Assembly (NCBI RefSeq): GCF_017881085.1
Contig: NZ_JADGRI010000001.1
Coordinates: forward strand, 1 to 62,203
From: Bradyrhizobium sp.
GTDB taxonomy: Bacteria; Pseudomonadota; Alphaproteobacteria; Rhizobiales; Xanthobacteraceae
Reading direction: 5' to 3'
DNA length: 62,203 nt
Part shown: one piece after another, positions 38,686-50,689 of the stretch
Position numbering within the stretch: position 1 is the stretch's first letter
How the letters are laid out: each line of letters opens with the position of its first letter
Notes under the pieces: model-generated
What the model saw: only the letters and a program-made list of their open reading frames with translations
Database searches by the model: none
Told to the model about the DNA's origin: nothing
Translations under genes and position numbers: made by a program

Positions 38686-39177
38686 ATGAAACATCAGATG
38701 CGTATCCTCCAGGGATTGAAGCTGGCCGCGGTGCTCGCGGTGGCTCTGTCGATGGGCGCCTGCGCCAACAAGAACCTCGGCGCCGATGGCGCGATGGCAA
38801 GTGCGGCGACCCCGGGCAGCCAGCAGGATTTCGTGGTCAATGTTGGCGACCGCGTGTTCTTCGAGAGCGACCAGACCGATTTGTCGCCGCAGGCGATCGC
38901 GACGCTGGAGAAGCAGGCGCAATGGCTGCAGACCTACAGCCGCTACGCCTTTACCATCGAGGGTCATGCCGACGAGCGCGGCACCCGTGAATACAACATC
39001 GCGCTGGGCGCGCGGCGTGCGCAGTCGGTGCGGACCTTCCTCGCCTCGCGCGGCATCGATCCCTCGCGGATGCGGACGATCTCCTACGGCAAGGAGCGTC
39101 CGGTCGCGGTCTGTAACGACATCTCCTGCTGGTCGCAGAATCGCCGCGCCGTCACGGTGCTGAACGCCAGTTCCTAA
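38686..39177 (+). CDS. pal: Peptidoglycan-associated lipoprotein
   Basis: Lipobox MGAC; IEGHADERGTREYNIALGARRA, ISYGKERP and QNRRA motifs. Confidence 0.97.
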   Translation: MKHQMRILQGLKLAAVLAVALSMGACANKNLGADGAMASAATPGSQQDFVVNVGDRVFFESDQTDLSPQAIATLEKQAQWLQTYSRYAFTIEGHADERGTREYNIALGARRAQSVRTFLASRGIDPSRMRTISYGKERPVAVCNDISCWSQNRRAVTVLNASS

Positions 39178-39207
39178 CAGCGCGGTGGTCTTTCGCAAAA
39201 TCTGCCG

Positions 39208-39231
39208 CCGGCGCCCTCGGGCGCCGGTTTT
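39208..39231 (+). terminator. Rho-independent terminator after pal
   Basis: CCGGCGCC stem closing a short loop, followed by TTTT. Confidence 0.75.
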
Positions 39232-39344
39232 GCTTTGCTCGGTCTTGCCTCGCGAGCGCGTTTGTTTCAGTCACATTTTTGGCGTACTCGGTCTCTCAAG
39301 GTGTTCCGCTTTCGATGTCACGCCGCTTTCGTCGTCAGGCCAAA

Positions 39345-40373
39345 ATGTCATCCAGGTTTCATAGAACTGCACGCGCCGTGGCGTTCGCCGCGACGCTGAC
39401 GCTTGCGTCACAGGCTTTTGCTCAATCCGACGTCGATCCCGAAATGCGCATTGAGCAACTTGAGAATCAGTTGCGGCAACTCACCGGCCAGAACGAGGAA
39501 CTGCAATACCGCAACCGGCAGCTCGAAGAGCGCCTGAAGGCGCTTCAGGGCGGCGCGCAAGCCACTCCGGGGGGACCGCCCGCCATCGCCCAGCCCGGCA
39601 TCGCACAGTCTGGTGCTCCCCAGCCCGGTGTCGCCCAGCCCAGCGTCGCTGCGGCGCCGCCGGTGCAGCTCGCTCCGCCCGGTCGGCAGCCGGCCTATGA
39701 GCAGCAGCAGATTGCCGCGCCGGCGCCGATCGTGCAGGAACCTGCCGAGGTGCCGCAGGCCGGCCGGCGGCGCGGCGACGCCTTCGATCCCAGTCAGAAT
39801 CCCAACGCCCCGGGCGCCCCGCGGGCGCTCGGCGGCGGTCAGCTCCCGATGCCGGCCGAAGGTGCGGTCGGCGCTCCCGGCGGACGTGGCCCCGGCGAGC
39901 CGCTTGATCTGGCCAATACCGGCGGTGCGCCGTCCCAGGCGCCGCGCGCGCCCGGCGCGGGCCCCACACTGACCACCCTGCCGCCTTCGGCCACCCCGAA
40001 GGACGAGTTCGATCTTGGCATCGGCTATATGCAGCGCAAGGACTATGCGCTGGCCGAAGAGACCATGCGCAACTTCGCGGTGAAATATCCGAGCGATCCG
40101 CTGATCGCCGATTCGCAATACTGGCTGGGCGAGAGCTTTTTCCAGCGCCAGAAATATCGCGACGCCGCGGAAGCCTTCCTCGGGGTGACCACCAAATTCG
40201 ACAAATCGGCGAAAGCCCCGGACGCACTGCTGCGGCTCGGCCAATCGCTGGCGGCCCTTAAAGAGAAAGAGGCCGCCTGCGCCGCCCTGGGTGAGGTGAT
40301 GCGAAAATATCCACGCGCCTCGGGCGGCGTCAAAGCGGCGGTCGATCGCGAGCAAAAGCGGATCAAGTGCTGA
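39345..40373 (+). CDS. cpoB: Tol-Pal protein CpoB/YbgF
   Basis: Signal peptide, coiled coil LRQLTGQNEEL, C-terminal TPRs (YWLGES, KAPDALLRLG); follows pal. Confidence 0.92.
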   Translation: MSSRFHRTARAVAFAATLTLASQAFAQSDVDPEMRIEQLENQLRQLTGQNEELQYRNRQLEERLKALQGGAQATPGGPPAIAQPGIAQSGAPQPGVAQPSVAAAPPVQLAPPGRQPAYEQQQIAAPAPIVQEPAEVPQAGRRRGDAFDPSQNPNAPGAPRALGGGQLPMPAEGAVGAPGGRGPGEPLDLANTGGAPSQAPRAPGAGPTLTTLPPSATPKDEFDLGIGYMQRKDYALAEETMRNFAVKYPSDPLIADSQYWLGESFFQRQKYRDAAEAFLGVTTKFDKSAKAPDALLRLGQSLAALKEKEAACAALGEVMRKYPRASGGVKAAVDREQKRIKC

Positions 40374-40463
40374 CGCTGCGGTGATCGGGGCCGCGTGGCG
40401 CATGGCGTTGTGATCGGATCGCCGCTCGCGCATAATAGCGCCCCGACACCAGCCGGCAGCGCC

Positions 40464-41528
40464 ATGCCCAGCGACGAGCAATCCCCGATCTCCGCGAGCG
40501 AGGCAAAACGCCTGTTCGCGGACTGGAAGGCGGCGCCCGCGATCGTGCTCGCGGTGTCCGGCGGCCCCGATTCCATCGCGCTGATGTGGCTTGCGGCGCG
40601 CTGGCGCCGCGCTTTGGCGCGCGGGCCGCAGCTGATCGCGGTCACCGTCGATCATGGCCTGCGCCCGGAGGCGGCGCGCGAGGCGCGCGAGGTCAAGCGT
40701 CTGGCGCAGAGCCTCGATCTGCCGCATCGCACGCTGCGCTGGACCGGCACCAAACCGCAAACCGGATTGCCGGCCGCGGCGCGCGAGGCGCGATACCGTC
40801 TGCTGACGCAAGCGGCGCGGCAGAGCCATGCGACCCATATCCTCACCGCGCATACCCGGGACGACCAGGCCGAGACACTGTTGATGCGCTTGTTGCGTGG
40901 CAGTGGCATCGCCGGTCTGGCGGCGATGGCGCGCGAGTCCGAGCGCGACGGCCTGCGTCTGGCGCGCCCGTTGCTGGATGTTTCGAAGGCGCAGCTGATC
41001 GCGACGCTCAAAAAGGCCGGCATCGACTTCGCCGACGATCCGACCAACCGCGACCTGAGCTTCACCCGTCCCCGTCTTCGTGCGGTCATGCCGGCGCTCG
41101 CTGCTGAGGGGGGGGGCCCGCGCAGCCTGGCGCGGCTGGCCTCCAGGCTTGCGCGGGCCAATGCCGCGGTGGAGGTGCTGGCCGAGGGCGCCGAGCGCTA
41201 TCTCGCGCTGAGGGATCGCCAGGTCGAAACCGACGCCGGGGGCAAGACCTTCGATGTGGCGGCGTTTGCCGCCATGCCGGAGGAAATCCGCCTGCGGCTC
41301 TTGCTGCGCGCGATCAATCGGTTCGGCCATGAGAGGCCGGCCGAGCTTGGCAAGGTCGAAGCCTTGCTCGCGGCGCTGGACCGGACCGCCGCCGAAAGCA
41401 CCAGGAGGAGCCGGCCGAAATCGGACCAACCCAGGCTGAAACAGACCCTCGCGGGCGCGCTGGTCAGCCTGGCCGGTGGCCGAATCCGCATTGAGCCGGC
41501 GCCGCCCCGCCGCCACCGGGCGGAGTGA
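40464..41528 (+). CDS. tilS: tRNA(Ile)-lysidine synthetase
   Basis: AVSGGPDS, VDHGLR, AREARY, TAHTRDDQAET, RPLL and DPTN motifs. Confidence 0.96.
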   Translation: MPSDEQSPISASEAKRLFADWKAAPAIVLAVSGGPDSIALMWLAARWRRALARGPQLIAVTVDHGLRPEAAREAREVKRLAQSLDLPHRTLRWTGTKPQTGLPAAAREARYRLLTQAARQSHATHILTAHTRDDQAETLLMRLLRGSGIAGLAAMARESERDGLRLARPLLDVSKAQLIATLKKAGIDFADDPTNRDLSFTRPRLRAVMPALAAEGGGPRSLARLASRLARANAAVEVLAEGAERYLALRDRQVETDAGGKTFDVAAFAAMPEEIRLRLLLRAINRFGHERPAELGKVEALLAALDRTAAESTRRSRPKSDQPRLKQTLAGALVSLAGGRIRIEPAPPRRHRAE

Positions 41529-41783
41529 TGAGGGACCGAATTACCGGCTTCATCGGGCGGATTCGCTCGGGGACTCTTAACCACCCCCGAAAACCCCAGG
41601 AATCAGCGCCATTATTTGAACGGGAATCTCGCTAGGATGGGCTAAATAGTCCCATGTGGTTCCCTTGGCATGGACCGGGGCGGCACCTAGATTGTATTCA
41701 GTCCCCGAGGGATTCCCTCGCACTGCCCAAGGAACTACCCAAGGACATAAGGCCGCGATCCGCGCGACCACGAAGGAAGACCG

Positions 41784-43706
<1,923 letters not shown>

Positions 43707-43727
43707 TGCGCCAGCCGTTTCCGAATT

Positions 43728-43756
43728 GAAAACGCGGCGGCAACGCCGCGTTTTTT
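43728..43756 (+). terminator. Rho-independent terminator after ftsH
   Basis: AAAACGCGGCG-GCAA-CGCCGCGTTTTTT. Confidence 0.88.
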
Positions 43757-43903
43757 ATGTGCCGAGCGTTTTTGCTTCTAATCCATAATGATTATGATTG
43801 GCGTCCATCCGTCCGCCATGGCATGTTTTGGAGAGAGCGCGGGCCGAACCGCGCCTGCCACGGCCGCCATCCGAGCGTGCCGACAAGAAGGGGAGGGGTG
43901 TCG

Positions 43904-45109
43904 ATGCGTTTCGTCACGAGATTTGGCGTCGCCGGCGCGCTTGCGCTGCTGGCGTGGCCCGCGGCCTCGATCGCGGCCGACATGCGCGGGGTGACGGCGA
44001 CCGAAATCAAGATCGGCCAGACCATGCCTTACAGCGGCCCGGTCTCGGCGTTCGGCGCGCTCGGCAAGGGCGAAGTCGCCTATTTCAAGATGCTCAACGA
44101 GCGCGGCGGCATCAACGGGCGAAAGATCAATCTGATTTCGCTCGACGACAGCTACGCACCGCCGAAAACGGTGGAGCAGACCCGGCGGCTGGTGGAGAGC
44201 GACGAAGTCGCGCTGATCTTCTCCTCGATCGGCACCGCCCATAACACCGCGGTCGCCAAATATCTGCAGGGCAAGAACGTCCCGCAATTGTTCGTCGGTT
44301 CCGGCGCCTCGAAATTCGCCGACATCGCGCAATACCCCCAGGCCACGCTGGGCGTGCAGGGGCCGTTCCGCTACGAGGCGCGGCTCTACGCGCGCCATGC
44401 GCTCGCCAAGAATCCGGATGCCAGGTTCGCGGTGATATCGCAGAACGACGATTTCGGCCGCGATTATCTTCTGGGATTGAAGGATGTGCTCGGCGATAAA
44501 TATGATTCTGTGGTCACCGCGGCAACCTACGAAGTCCAGGATCCGACCATCGACTCCCAGATCGTCAAGCTGAAGGCCTCCGGCGCCGACGTGCTCGTGA
44601 TCGCGGCGACGCCGAAATTCGCCGCGCAATCGATCCGCAAGGTCTATGAGATTGGCTGGAAGCCGATGACGTTTCTGTCCAACGTCGCGGTGTGGATTTC
44701 CACTGTCATGCAGCCGGCCGGGCTTGAGGCCGGCATCGGCATTCTCTCCACCGCCTATGTCAAGGATCCAGACGATCCCGCCTGGAAGGACGATGCCGGC
44801 GTCAAGGCATGGCGGGAGTTCATGGTCAAATACGCCCCCGACGCCGACCTGCACGACACCAACTACGTCAATTCCTATAACAGCGCGATGGCGCTGGAGC
44901 ACGTGCTGAGGGCCTGCGGCGACGATCTGTCGACCGAGAATATCCTGCAGCACGCCTATTCCATCCGGAATCTGGAACTGCCGATGCTGCTGCCCGGCAT
45001 CAAGATCAACACCTCGCCGACCGATCACGTCCCGGTCGACCAGATGCAGTTCATGCGCTTCAACGGCAAGACCTGGGATCGTTTTGGGGAATTGCAGACG
45101 GGGAATTGA
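43904..45109 (+). CDS. Orphan ABC substrate-binding protein (LivJ/branched-chain amino acid type)
   Basis: GVTATEIKIGQTMPYSGPVS, GGINGRKI, DDSYAPPKT and QNDDFGRD motifs; signal peptide; start at ATG 43904. Confidence 0.9.
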   Translation: MRFVTRFGVAGALALLAWPAASIAADMRGVTATEIKIGQTMPYSGPVSAFGALGKGEVAYFKMLNERGGINGRKINLISLDDSYAPPKTVEQTRRLVESDEVALIFSSIGTAHNTAVAKYLQGKNVPQLFVGSGASKFADIAQYPQATLGVQGPFRYEARLYARHALAKNPDARFAVISQNDDFGRDYLLGLKDVLGDKYDSVVTAATYEVQDPTIDSQIVKLKASGADVLVIAATPKFAAQSIRKVYEIGWKPMTFLSNVAVWISTVMQPAGLEAGIGILSTAYVKDPDDPAWKDDAGVKAWREFMVKYAPDADLHDTNYVNSYNSAMALEHVLRACGDDLSTENILQHAYSIRNLELPMLLPGIKINTSPTDHVPVDQMQFMRFNGKTWDRFGELQTGN

Positions 45110-45114
45110 CGCTT

Positions 45115-45216
45115 CGTCATTCGGGGGCGCCGCGAAGCGGGGAACCGCAGGGTGCAATTGCACTTCGGGGAACACCGAGATTCCTGGTTCGCATCTTCGA
45201 TGCGCCCCGGAATGAA
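45115..45216. repeat. CGTC-type REP-like element
   Basis: CGTCATTCGGGGGCG ... GCGCCCCGGAATGA; related to 49150-49243. Confidence 0.8.
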
Positions 45217-45301
45217 AGGTGACGGCGTTGATCGAGGTCAACTCCATTCAGGGCCGTCGCATCTAGCTTGCTTCCCAAGTGTATCTTTTCGGGAGCGAGC
45301 C

Positions 45302-46414
45302 GTGAATCGCAGGGCAGTTCTGATCGGCGGTGCGGCAGCGGTTGGCGTTATTGTCCCGGCCGGCATTGGCGGCGTTGCCCTGTGGGCGCGGCAGGACATC
45401 GATGCCTGGCGCGACGCTGTTGCTGCGATCCGGCGCCCGCTTGTGCCTGGCCTGTCGGGCCGCGCGGTGCTCACCGAACTTGTCCGCTGTGCCACGCTCG
45501 CGGCGAACAGCCACAATACGCAAGCCTGGCGTTTTGCCCTCGGCGAGTCCGCCATCACGCTCGTTCCTGATTTCGCCCGGCGGACGCCGGTCGTCGATCC
45601 CGACGACCACCATCTGTTTGCCAGCCTCGGCGCCGCCGTCGAGAACATCGTGCAGGCGGCGCCGATCTTCGGCCTGGCGGCGACGCCGCATTTCGATGCC
45701 GGCGGCGACGGCCGTGTCGTCATCGAGTTGCGCGCCGGCGACAGCGCGGTGTCGGAGATGGCCGCGGCGATCGTGAAACGGCAGTGCACGCGCGCGGTGT
45801 ATGACGGCCGCACCGTTCCGGCTTCCGACCTCCGCACGCTCGCCGCCGCCGGCAGCAGCGAGGGGGTCGATGTCGTGTTGCTGACGGAGCGGCCGGCGAT
45901 CGATGCCGTCGCGGCGCTCATTATCGACGGCAATACATCGCAACTGCGCGAGCCCGCCTTCAGGAGCGAGTTGCAGCATTGGCTGCGCTTCAGCTACGCC
46001 GCGGCGTTGTCGACGGGCGATGGGTTGTTCGCCCCAACGACCGGCAATCCGGCGTTGCCGGATCCGGTCGGCCGAATGCTGTTCGACCTTGTGGTGTCAG
46101 CGGATTCCGAGAACAGCAAATGTCTGGCCCAGATCGCAAGTTCGGCGGGCCTCGCCGTGTTCGTCTCCGGGCGCAGCGACAGGCCGCATTGGATCGCAAG
46201 CGGCCGCGCCTACCAGCGCTTCGCGCTGCAGGCGACCGCGCTCGGCATCAAGCACGCCTTTCTCAACCAGGCCGTCGAGGTACCGCAGGTGCGGCAGCGG
46301 CTGGCCGAGCACCTCGCCCTTGGCGAGCGCCGGCCCGATCTGATCGTCCGCTTCGGCTATGCCGATGCGATGCCATTCTCGTTGCGCCGGCCGGCGTCGG
46401 CCGTGCCGATGTGA
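45302..46414 (+). CDS. Acg-family FMN-binding nitroreductase-like protein with Tat-like signal
   Basis: NRRAVL signal; ANSHNTQAWRF, VDPDDH, RQCTR, GRAYQRFAL and RFGYA..SLRR motifs; GTG start 45302. Confidence 0.82.
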   Translation: MNRRAVLIGGAAAVGVIVPAGIGGVALWARQDIDAWRDAVAAIRRPLVPGLSGRAVLTELVRCATLAANSHNTQAWRFALGESAITLVPDFARRTPVVDPDDHHLFASLGAAVENIVQAAPIFGLAATPHFDAGGDGRVVIELRAGDSAVSEMAAAIVKRQCTRAVYDGRTVPASDLRTLAAAGSSEGVDVVLLTERPAIDAVAALIIDGNTSQLREPAFRSELQHWLRFSYAAALSTGDGLFAPTTGNPALPDPVGRMLFDLVVSADSENSKCLAQIASSAGLAVFVSGRSDRPHWIASGRAYQRFALQATALGIKHAFLNQAVEVPQVRQRLAEHLALGERRPDLIVRFGYADAMPFSLRRPASAVPM

Positions 46415-46527
46415 TGGCGCCCTGTAAACCGCCATCGGCGGGCAAACCTTAAGATTTCCTCAAGGCTGTTGGCCTTATGAATTGGGCATCTGCGTCGTCT
46501 TCTCGCGACACGCGCAAAGGACCTTGC

Positions 46528-47757
46528 ATGGCCGCGTCCATACCCGCCCCGACGATCCCCGGCGAACACAGCGCGATACCGGCCGCGCTGCTTAATGTCT
46601 GCTTCGTGCTGGCCGTCATCAACATCTGCTATTTCCCGGCGGCGTATCTTTCGCATTCCTGGATATGGGATTCGGACGGCCGCGGGATTCCGACCGATTT
46701 CGTCAACGTCTGGGCCGCCGGACGCCTCGTGCTTGAGGGCCATCCGGCGCTGGCTTACGATTGGGATATCCAGAGGCAGGTCGAACTTGCGCTGCTGCGC
46801 CAGGAATTTCCGGGCTATTTCGCCTGGCACTACCCGCCGCCGTTTTTGTTCCTCGCCTCCCTGCTGGCGCAGTTTCCTTACTCGGTCGCCTTCATCGGCT
46901 GGGTCTCGGCGAGCTTCGTGCCATATATCTTTACGATGCGCGCGATTGTCGGGCGCAACTTCGGCTGGCTCCTGGGAATCGCCTTTCCGATGGTGTTCAA
47001 CAATACGCTGGTCGGGCAGAACGGCTTTCTCACCGCTGCGCTGATTGGCGGCACGCTCTATCTGATACCGGTGCGGCCGATCCTAGCCGGCGTTTGCCTG
47101 GGGCTTCTGAGCTACAAGCCGCAATACGGCCTGTTGTTTCCGATCGTGCTGATCGCGGCCTCGCAGTGGACGGTGTTCTTCAGCGCCGCCGTCACCGCGA
47201 TCGGAATCGCATTCGCATCCTGGCTCGTTTTCGGCACCGAGAGCTGGCAGGCGTTCTTCCACTGGATGCCGATGTTCTCGCAGGCCTTCCTGACCGAGGG
47301 CAAAGCCACCTGGTGGAAGCTGCAGAGTCTGTTCTCGCTGGTGCGTTATTTCGGCGGCACCGAGTCATTGGCATGGGCTTTCCAGTGGGTCCTGACCGCG
47401 TCCGTAGCGGTGGTGCTGGCGCTGATGTGGCGCAGTCGGATCAGCTATACGTTGAAGGCCGCGGCGCTGGCCTGCGGCACCCTACTGACCACGCCCTACC
47501 TCTTCATGTACGACACGATGGTGCTGGCGGTGCCGGTGGCTTTCCTGGTCCGCATGGGGCTGAAAGAGGGCTTCCGCCCCTATGAGCTGCCGGCGCTGGG
47601 TTGCGCGCTTGCGCTGTTCTTTGTGTTCACATTTTCGGGGACACCAGTCGGGCTGACCATCATCCTGATCGTGGCAACCCTCATTTTGCGTCGCGCCGGT
47701 TCCTGGTGGCGGCGCGAGCCGGCGCCGGGGATGGAAGCCGCCGGCGCGCACGCTTGA
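46528..47757 (+). CDS. Glycosyltransferase family 87 (DUF2029) membrane protein
   Basis: TDFVNVWAAG, WHYPP, GQNG, KPQYG and PYLFMYD motifs; multi-TM. Confidence 0.88.
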   Translation: MAASIPAPTIPGEHSAIPAALLNVCFVLAVINICYFPAAYLSHSWIWDSDGRGIPTDFVNVWAAGRLVLEGHPALAYDWDIQRQVELALLRQEFPGYFAWHYPPPFLFLASLLAQFPYSVAFIGWVSASFVPYIFTMRAIVGRNFGWLLGIAFPMVFNNTLVGQNGFLTAALIGGTLYLIPVRPILAGVCLGLLSYKPQYGLLFPIVLIAASQWTVFFSAAVTAIGIAFASWLVFGTESWQAFFHWMPMFSQAFLTEGKATWWKLQSLFSLVRYFGGTESLAWAFQWVLTASVAVVLALMWRSRISYTLKAAALACGTLLTTPYLFMYDTMVLAVPVAFLVRMGLKEGFRPYELPALGCALALFFVFTFSGTPVGLTIILIVATLILRRAGSWWRREPAPGMEAAGAHA

Positions 47758-47799
47758 GACGCAGTCCTGAATAGCCGTTTTTGCGTCTTGTCATCAGCC

Positions 47800-47815
47800 C
47801 TGAATAGTTGTTCAG
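47800..47815. promoter_or_regulatory. Putative TetR operator
   Basis: CTGAA-N6-TTCAG palindrome with additional CTGAA half sites upstream of the tetR gene. Confidence 0.5.
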
Positions 47816-47920
47816 TTCTTCAAAGCGATTTTTCCAAAATCGCCTGAAAACACTGAACAAGCGTGCTTGCAGGCCGGGTTCATCGCCCCTGAAGCGCGTC
47901 GAGGGACGAGAAACGCGGCC

Positions 47921-48595
47921 ATGGTCTACCGGCGCACCCATCAAGTTGTAAAACGCCTCGCGGCGCGGCGCAGCGCCATTCTGGCGGCGGCGCGGGACGC
48001 CGCCGCAGAGGGCGGCATGTCCGCGGTGCAGATTGCTCCGGTCGCGGTCCGGGCCAATGTCGCCGCCGGCACCGTCTATCGCTATTTCCCGTCCAAGGCG
48101 GACCTGATCTCCGAACTGATCGCGGAAGTCTCGCGTGACGAGCTGGCCGCGATCCGGCGCGCCGCCGATGCCGCGCCCGGACCGTCGTCGGCGCTGGCCG
48201 CCGCCGTCACTACGGTCGCGGTGCATGTGCTGTCACAGCGCAAGCTCGCCTGGGGCATTTTGGCCGAGCCGGTCGATGTCGACGTTACGGCGTCGCGGCT
48301 GGCGAGCCGCCGCGAGATCGCCGGCGAGATCGCCGCGCGCATCGACGCCGCGGTCCGCGCCGGGCATCTGCCCCTGCAGGACACGGCGCTCGCCGCGACC
48401 GCGCTGCTCGGCGCGCTGCATGAATCGCTGGTCGGACCGCTCGCTCCGGACAATCTGGACGACCAGGCAAAACTGCGCGACTCCGTGCAGACCGTCACGC
48501 TGCTGGCGCTGCGCGCCGTCGGCGTCATGGACGCCCGCGCCCGCGGCCTCGTGGTGCAGGCGGTGCTGCCAGCGAAGGCGCTGGTCGGCGCGTAA
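47921..48595 (+). CDS. TetR/AcrR family regulator (LiuQ/BkaR-like)
   Basis: MVYRRT start, VAAGTVYRYFPSK HTH, LAEPVD and LVGPL motifs. Confidence 0.88.
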   Translation: MVYRRTHQVVKRLAARRSAILAAARDAAAEGGMSAVQIAPVAVRANVAAGTVYRYFPSKADLISELIAEVSRDELAAIRRAADAAPGPSSALAAAVTTVAVHVLSQRKLAWGILAEPVDVDVTASRLASRREIAGEIAARIDAAVRAGHLPLQDTALAATALLGALHESLVGPLAPDNLDDQAKLRDSVQTVTLLALRAVGVMDARARGLVVQAVLPAKALVGA

Positions 48596-48720
48596 GAATA
48601 ATTCAAGTCGCCGTCACGGAGACAAACGCCGTTCCATAGCGCCCTCGTGAATTGACATCTCGCGCCGATTTGGTCGGCTAGGGAACGTTACGTGTGCAAT
48701 TCATCCCAGGAGAGCCTCGC

Positions 48721-49146
48721 ATGACGACGACGTCAGGATCGGCCAAGTGGCAAGGCGGCATCAAGGACGGCAAGGGCGCCATCTCGACCAAGAGCGGCGC
48801 GCTGAAAGACTACCCTTACGGCTTCGCCAGCCGCTTCGAGGGCAAGCCCGGCTCCAACCCGGAAGAGCTGATTGGCGCTGCGCACGCTGCCTGTTTCACC
48901 ATGGCGCTGTCGCTGATTCTCGGGGAAGCAAAACTCACCGCCGAGCAGATGGAGACAAAAGCCGATGTCACGCTCGAGAAGCAGGGCGACGGTTTTGCCA
49001 TCACCTCCGTGCATCTGACGCTGAATGCAAAGATCCCCGGCGCCGACAAGGCGAAGTTCGAGGAACTCGCGGGAATGGCGAAGGCCGGCTGCCCGGTCTC
49101 GAAACTGCTGAACACCAAGATCACGCTGGACGCGACGCTGCTCTGA
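48721..49146 (+). CDS. osmC: OsmC family peroxiredoxin
   Basis: AKWQG, SRFEG, NPEELIGAAHAACF and AGCPVSK motifs. Confidence 0.95.
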   Translation: MTTTSGSAKWQGGIKDGKGAISTKSGALKDYPYGFASRFEGKPGSNPEELIGAAHAACFTMALSLILGEAKLTAEQMETKADVTLEKQGDGFAITSVHLTLNAKIPGADKAKFEELAGMAKAGCPVSKLLNTKITLDATLL

Positions 49147-49149
49147 GTT

Positions 49150-49243
49150 CGTCATTGCGGGGCGCGCGATCGCGCGAAGCCGGAATCTCGCGCTGCGATC
49201 TCCGGATTCCGGGTTCGCCTCTTCGAGGCGCCCCGGAATGACG
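49150..49243. repeat. CGTC-type REP-like element
   Basis: CGTCATTGCGGGGCG..CCGGAATC / GATTCCGG..CGCCCCGGAATGACG between convergent osmC and pyk. Confidence 0.85.
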
Positions 49244-49252
49244 ATGTTGATA

Positions 49253-50689
49253 TCACATGTCCGCGTCGCTGTCGGACCCGACGGAAGCGATGCGCACCAT
49301 GTTGGTGGTGCCGGGAATGCCGAGCGGTACGCCGGCGACGATGATGACGCGCTGGCCGGCGCGGGCAAAACCATCGCGGAACGCGATGCTGGCGGCGCGG
49401 CTGACCATGTCGTCCTGGTCGTGTGCGTCTTCGGCGACCACGCAGTGCACACCCCAGACCACGGACAGTTTGCGTCCCGTGGTGAGGTTCGGCGTGATCG
49501 CGACCACCGGCGGTTTCGGCCGCTCGCGAGCCACCCGCAGCGCGGTCGATCCCGAACTGGTCCAGCAGATGATTGCGGACAGGTCGAGCGTCTCGGCAAT
49601 CTGGCGCGCGGCATCCGCAATGGCGTCGCCGACGGTCGGCTCGGGTTCGGCGCGCTGCGCGTTGAGCACGCCGCGATAGTTAGGGTCGCGCTCCACTTCC
49701 TCGCCGATGCGGTTCATGGTGGAGACCGCTTCGACCGGGAATTTGCCGGCCGCCGATTCCGCCGACAGCATGATGGCGTCGGCGCCTTCATAGACCGCGG
49801 TGGCGACGTCGGAGACCTCGGCGCGCGTCGGCACCGGGCTCTGGATCATCGACTCCAGCATTTGGGTTGCGACCACGACCGGCTTGCCGGCGCGCCGCGC
49901 CAGCCGCGTCATCTGCTTCTGCAGGCTCGGCACCCGCTCCAGCGGCAGTTCGACGCCGAGATCGCCGCGCGCCACCATCAGGGCGTCGGAGGCTTCGATG
50001 ATTTCGGGGAGCCGGTCGATCGCCTGCGGCTTCTCGATCTTGGCCATCACCGCGGCACGGCCGCGGATCATCTTCTTGGCCTCGATGACGTCCTCGGCGC
50101 GCTGCACGAAGGACAGCGCGATCCAGTCGACACCGGTCACCAGCGCCGCCTCGAGGTCGGCGCGGTCCTTTGGCGTCATCGCCGACACCGGCAGGTCGGT
50201 GTCCGGCAGGCTGACGCCCTTGCGGTCCGACATCTTGCCGCCGATCACCACACGGGTGACGGCGCGCTCGGGCGAAGTTTCCTCGGCGATCAGCCGCACC
50301 TTGCCGTCGTCGAGCAGGAGCGCATGGCCGGGCCGCAGCGCTGCCAGAATCTCCGGATGCGGAAGCTGGACGCGGGTGTTGTCGCCGGGCGTCTTGTCGG
50401 AATCCAGCACGAAGCTCTCGCCGTTGTGGAGCTGGACCGAGCCTTCGGCGAACGAGCCCAGCCGGAGTTTGGGGCCCTGCAGGTCGACCAGAATCCCAAT
50501 CGGCCGGCCATAGCTGCTCTCGACATTTCGGATGGTCTTGACCAGCTCCCGCATCTTGTCGTGCGAGGTGTGACTCATATTGATGCGGAACACGTCAGCG
50601 CCGGCCTCGAACAGGCGGCGGATCATCGCGCTGTCGGAGGAGGCGGGGCCCAGCGTCGCGAGGATCTTGATACGGCGAAGACGTCTCAT
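49253..50689 (-). CDS. pyk: Pyruvate kinase
   Basis: KILATLGPAS, RINMSH, DLQGPKLR, AKIEK, MVARGDLGVE and ATQMLESM motifs. Confidence 0.98.
   Translation of the reverse strand: MRRLRRIKILATLGPASSDSAMIRRLFEAGADVFRINMSHTSHDKMRELVKTIRNVESSYGRPIGILVDLQGPKLRLGSFAEGSVQLHNGESFVLDSDKTPGDNTRVQLPHPEILAALRPGHALLLDDGKVRLIAEETSPERAVTRVVIGGKMSDRKGVSLPDTDLPVSAMTPKDRADLEAALVTGVDWIALSFVQRAEDVIEAKKMIRGRAAVMAKIEKPQAIDRLPEIIEASDALMVARGDLGVELPLERVPSLQKQMTRLARRAGKPVVVATQMLESMIQSPVPTRAEVSDVATAVYEGADAIMLSAESAAGKFPVEAVSTMNRIGEEVERDPNYRGVLNAQRAEPEPTVGDAIADAARQIAETLDLSAIICWTSSGSTALRVARERPKPPVVAITPNLTTGRKLSVVWGVHCVVAEDAHDQDDMVSRAASIAFRDGFARAGQRVIIVAGVPLGIPGTTNMVRIASVGSDSDADM

Noticed and set aside
41108-41116. G9 homopolymer in tilS as a phase-variation site
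   Set aside because: The frame is intact and tilS is normally essential, so switching is implausible.
46449-46463. CtrA-like site upstream of the GT87 gene
   Set aside because: TTAA-N7-TCAA has a mismatch and no supporting half site; too weak to call.
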